A stretch of DNA of 64,000 bases from positions 224,001 to 288,000 of the forward strand of contig CAWJTV010000005.1 in the NCBI GenBank assembly GCA_963845755.1. Reading direction: 5' to 3'. The notes beneath the pieces are model-generated. The model was not told the origin of the DNA and searched no databases. It was given only the letters and a program-made list of their open reading frames with translations. This stretch comes from an uncultured Planctomycetota bacterium (GTDB taxonomy: Bacteria > Planctomycetota > Planctomycetia > Isosphaerales > Isosphaeraceae). A program made the translations under genes and the position numbers. Position 1 is the stretch's first letter. Each line of letters begins with the position of its first letter. Positions 63,243-64,000 of the stretch are shown one piece after another.

Positions 63243-64000
63243 ATGATCATTGTTCTGAAGCCGCATCCGGCGCCGGAGGTCGTCGAGCACGTCCTCGAGC
63301 GGATCGCGGCGCTGGGATTGACCCCTCACCTCAGCCAGGGAGTATCGCGGACGATCATCGGGGTCATCGGTGATGAGGAGAAGTTGCAAGTCGAGCCCTT
63401 GCAGGCGATACCCGGTGTAGAGCAGGTTGTGCCCATCCTCAAGCCGTTCAAGCTCGCCAGCCGGGAGTTCCATGCCGAGGCGTCGGTCTTCACGATCAAG
63501 GGGGTCAAGATTGGCGGAGGTCATCTCGCGGTGATCGCCGGACCGTGCGCGATCGAGGGGGAATCGCTGCTCTTCGAGGTTGCGGCCCGAGTGCGCCAGG
63601 CCGGGGCGAACATTCTCCGAGGGGGTGCATTCAAGCCGCGGACCAGTCCCTACAGCTTCCAGGGACTCGGCCAGGACGGCCTGAAGATCTTGCGGCTGGC
63701 CGGCGATCAGTTTGAAATGCCGGTCGTTACGGAAGTCATGGACCCACGGCAGGTTGAGATCGTCGAACGTTACGCGGACATCCTCCAGATCGGCGCAGCA
63801 ACATGCAGAACTTCGATCTGCTGAAGGAATGCGGTCGAACGCGAATTCCGGTCCTCTTGAAGCGAGGGCTCAGCGCAACGGTCAAGGACCTGCTTATGTC
63901 TGCCGAGTATGTCCTGGCGGAAGGAAACCGCCAGGTGATCCTCTGTGAGCGCGGGATCCGGACCTTTGAGGACTCGACTCGGAACACGCTCGACCTGTCG
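63243..64000 (+). CDS. aroF: 3-deoxy-7-phosphoheptulonate (DAHP) synthase, class I-beta with N-terminal regulatory domain; frameshift at ~63797; truncated by the window end
   Basis: [26 protein letters not shown] and QIGA, then in the next frame [30 protein letters not shown]. Confidence 0.95.

Overview
A GC-rich bacterial window. The gene content points to a Planctomycete, probably Isosphaeraceae-like (inference): a DUF1559 prepilin, a TPR/FG-GAP/ASPIC-UnbV protein, an extended ECF sigma factor, a giant secreted protein with an 'LE-R-LS' N-terminal motif, and REP-like palindromes. About 40 CDSs are supported. They cover housekeeping metabolism (glgC, leuCD, cysH-Rrf2-sat/cysC, nagB, ald, kdsA, aroF), an ApbE-DUF2271/PepSY-like flavinylation pair, an ABC exporter and an intact ISAs1 element (17-bp terminal IRs, 10-bp target duplication). 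A ~3,700-aa S53 protease/beta-helix protein fills most of the last quarter. At least 12 genes carry 1-2 nt indels, most simply explained as assembly errors, so I reconstructed them by hand. The most intriguing unannotated signal is a ~390-nt densely base-paired, two-domain RNA-like element (49391-49779) just upstream of the giant gene. All family assignments come from motif recognition by eye; no database search or folding program was run.
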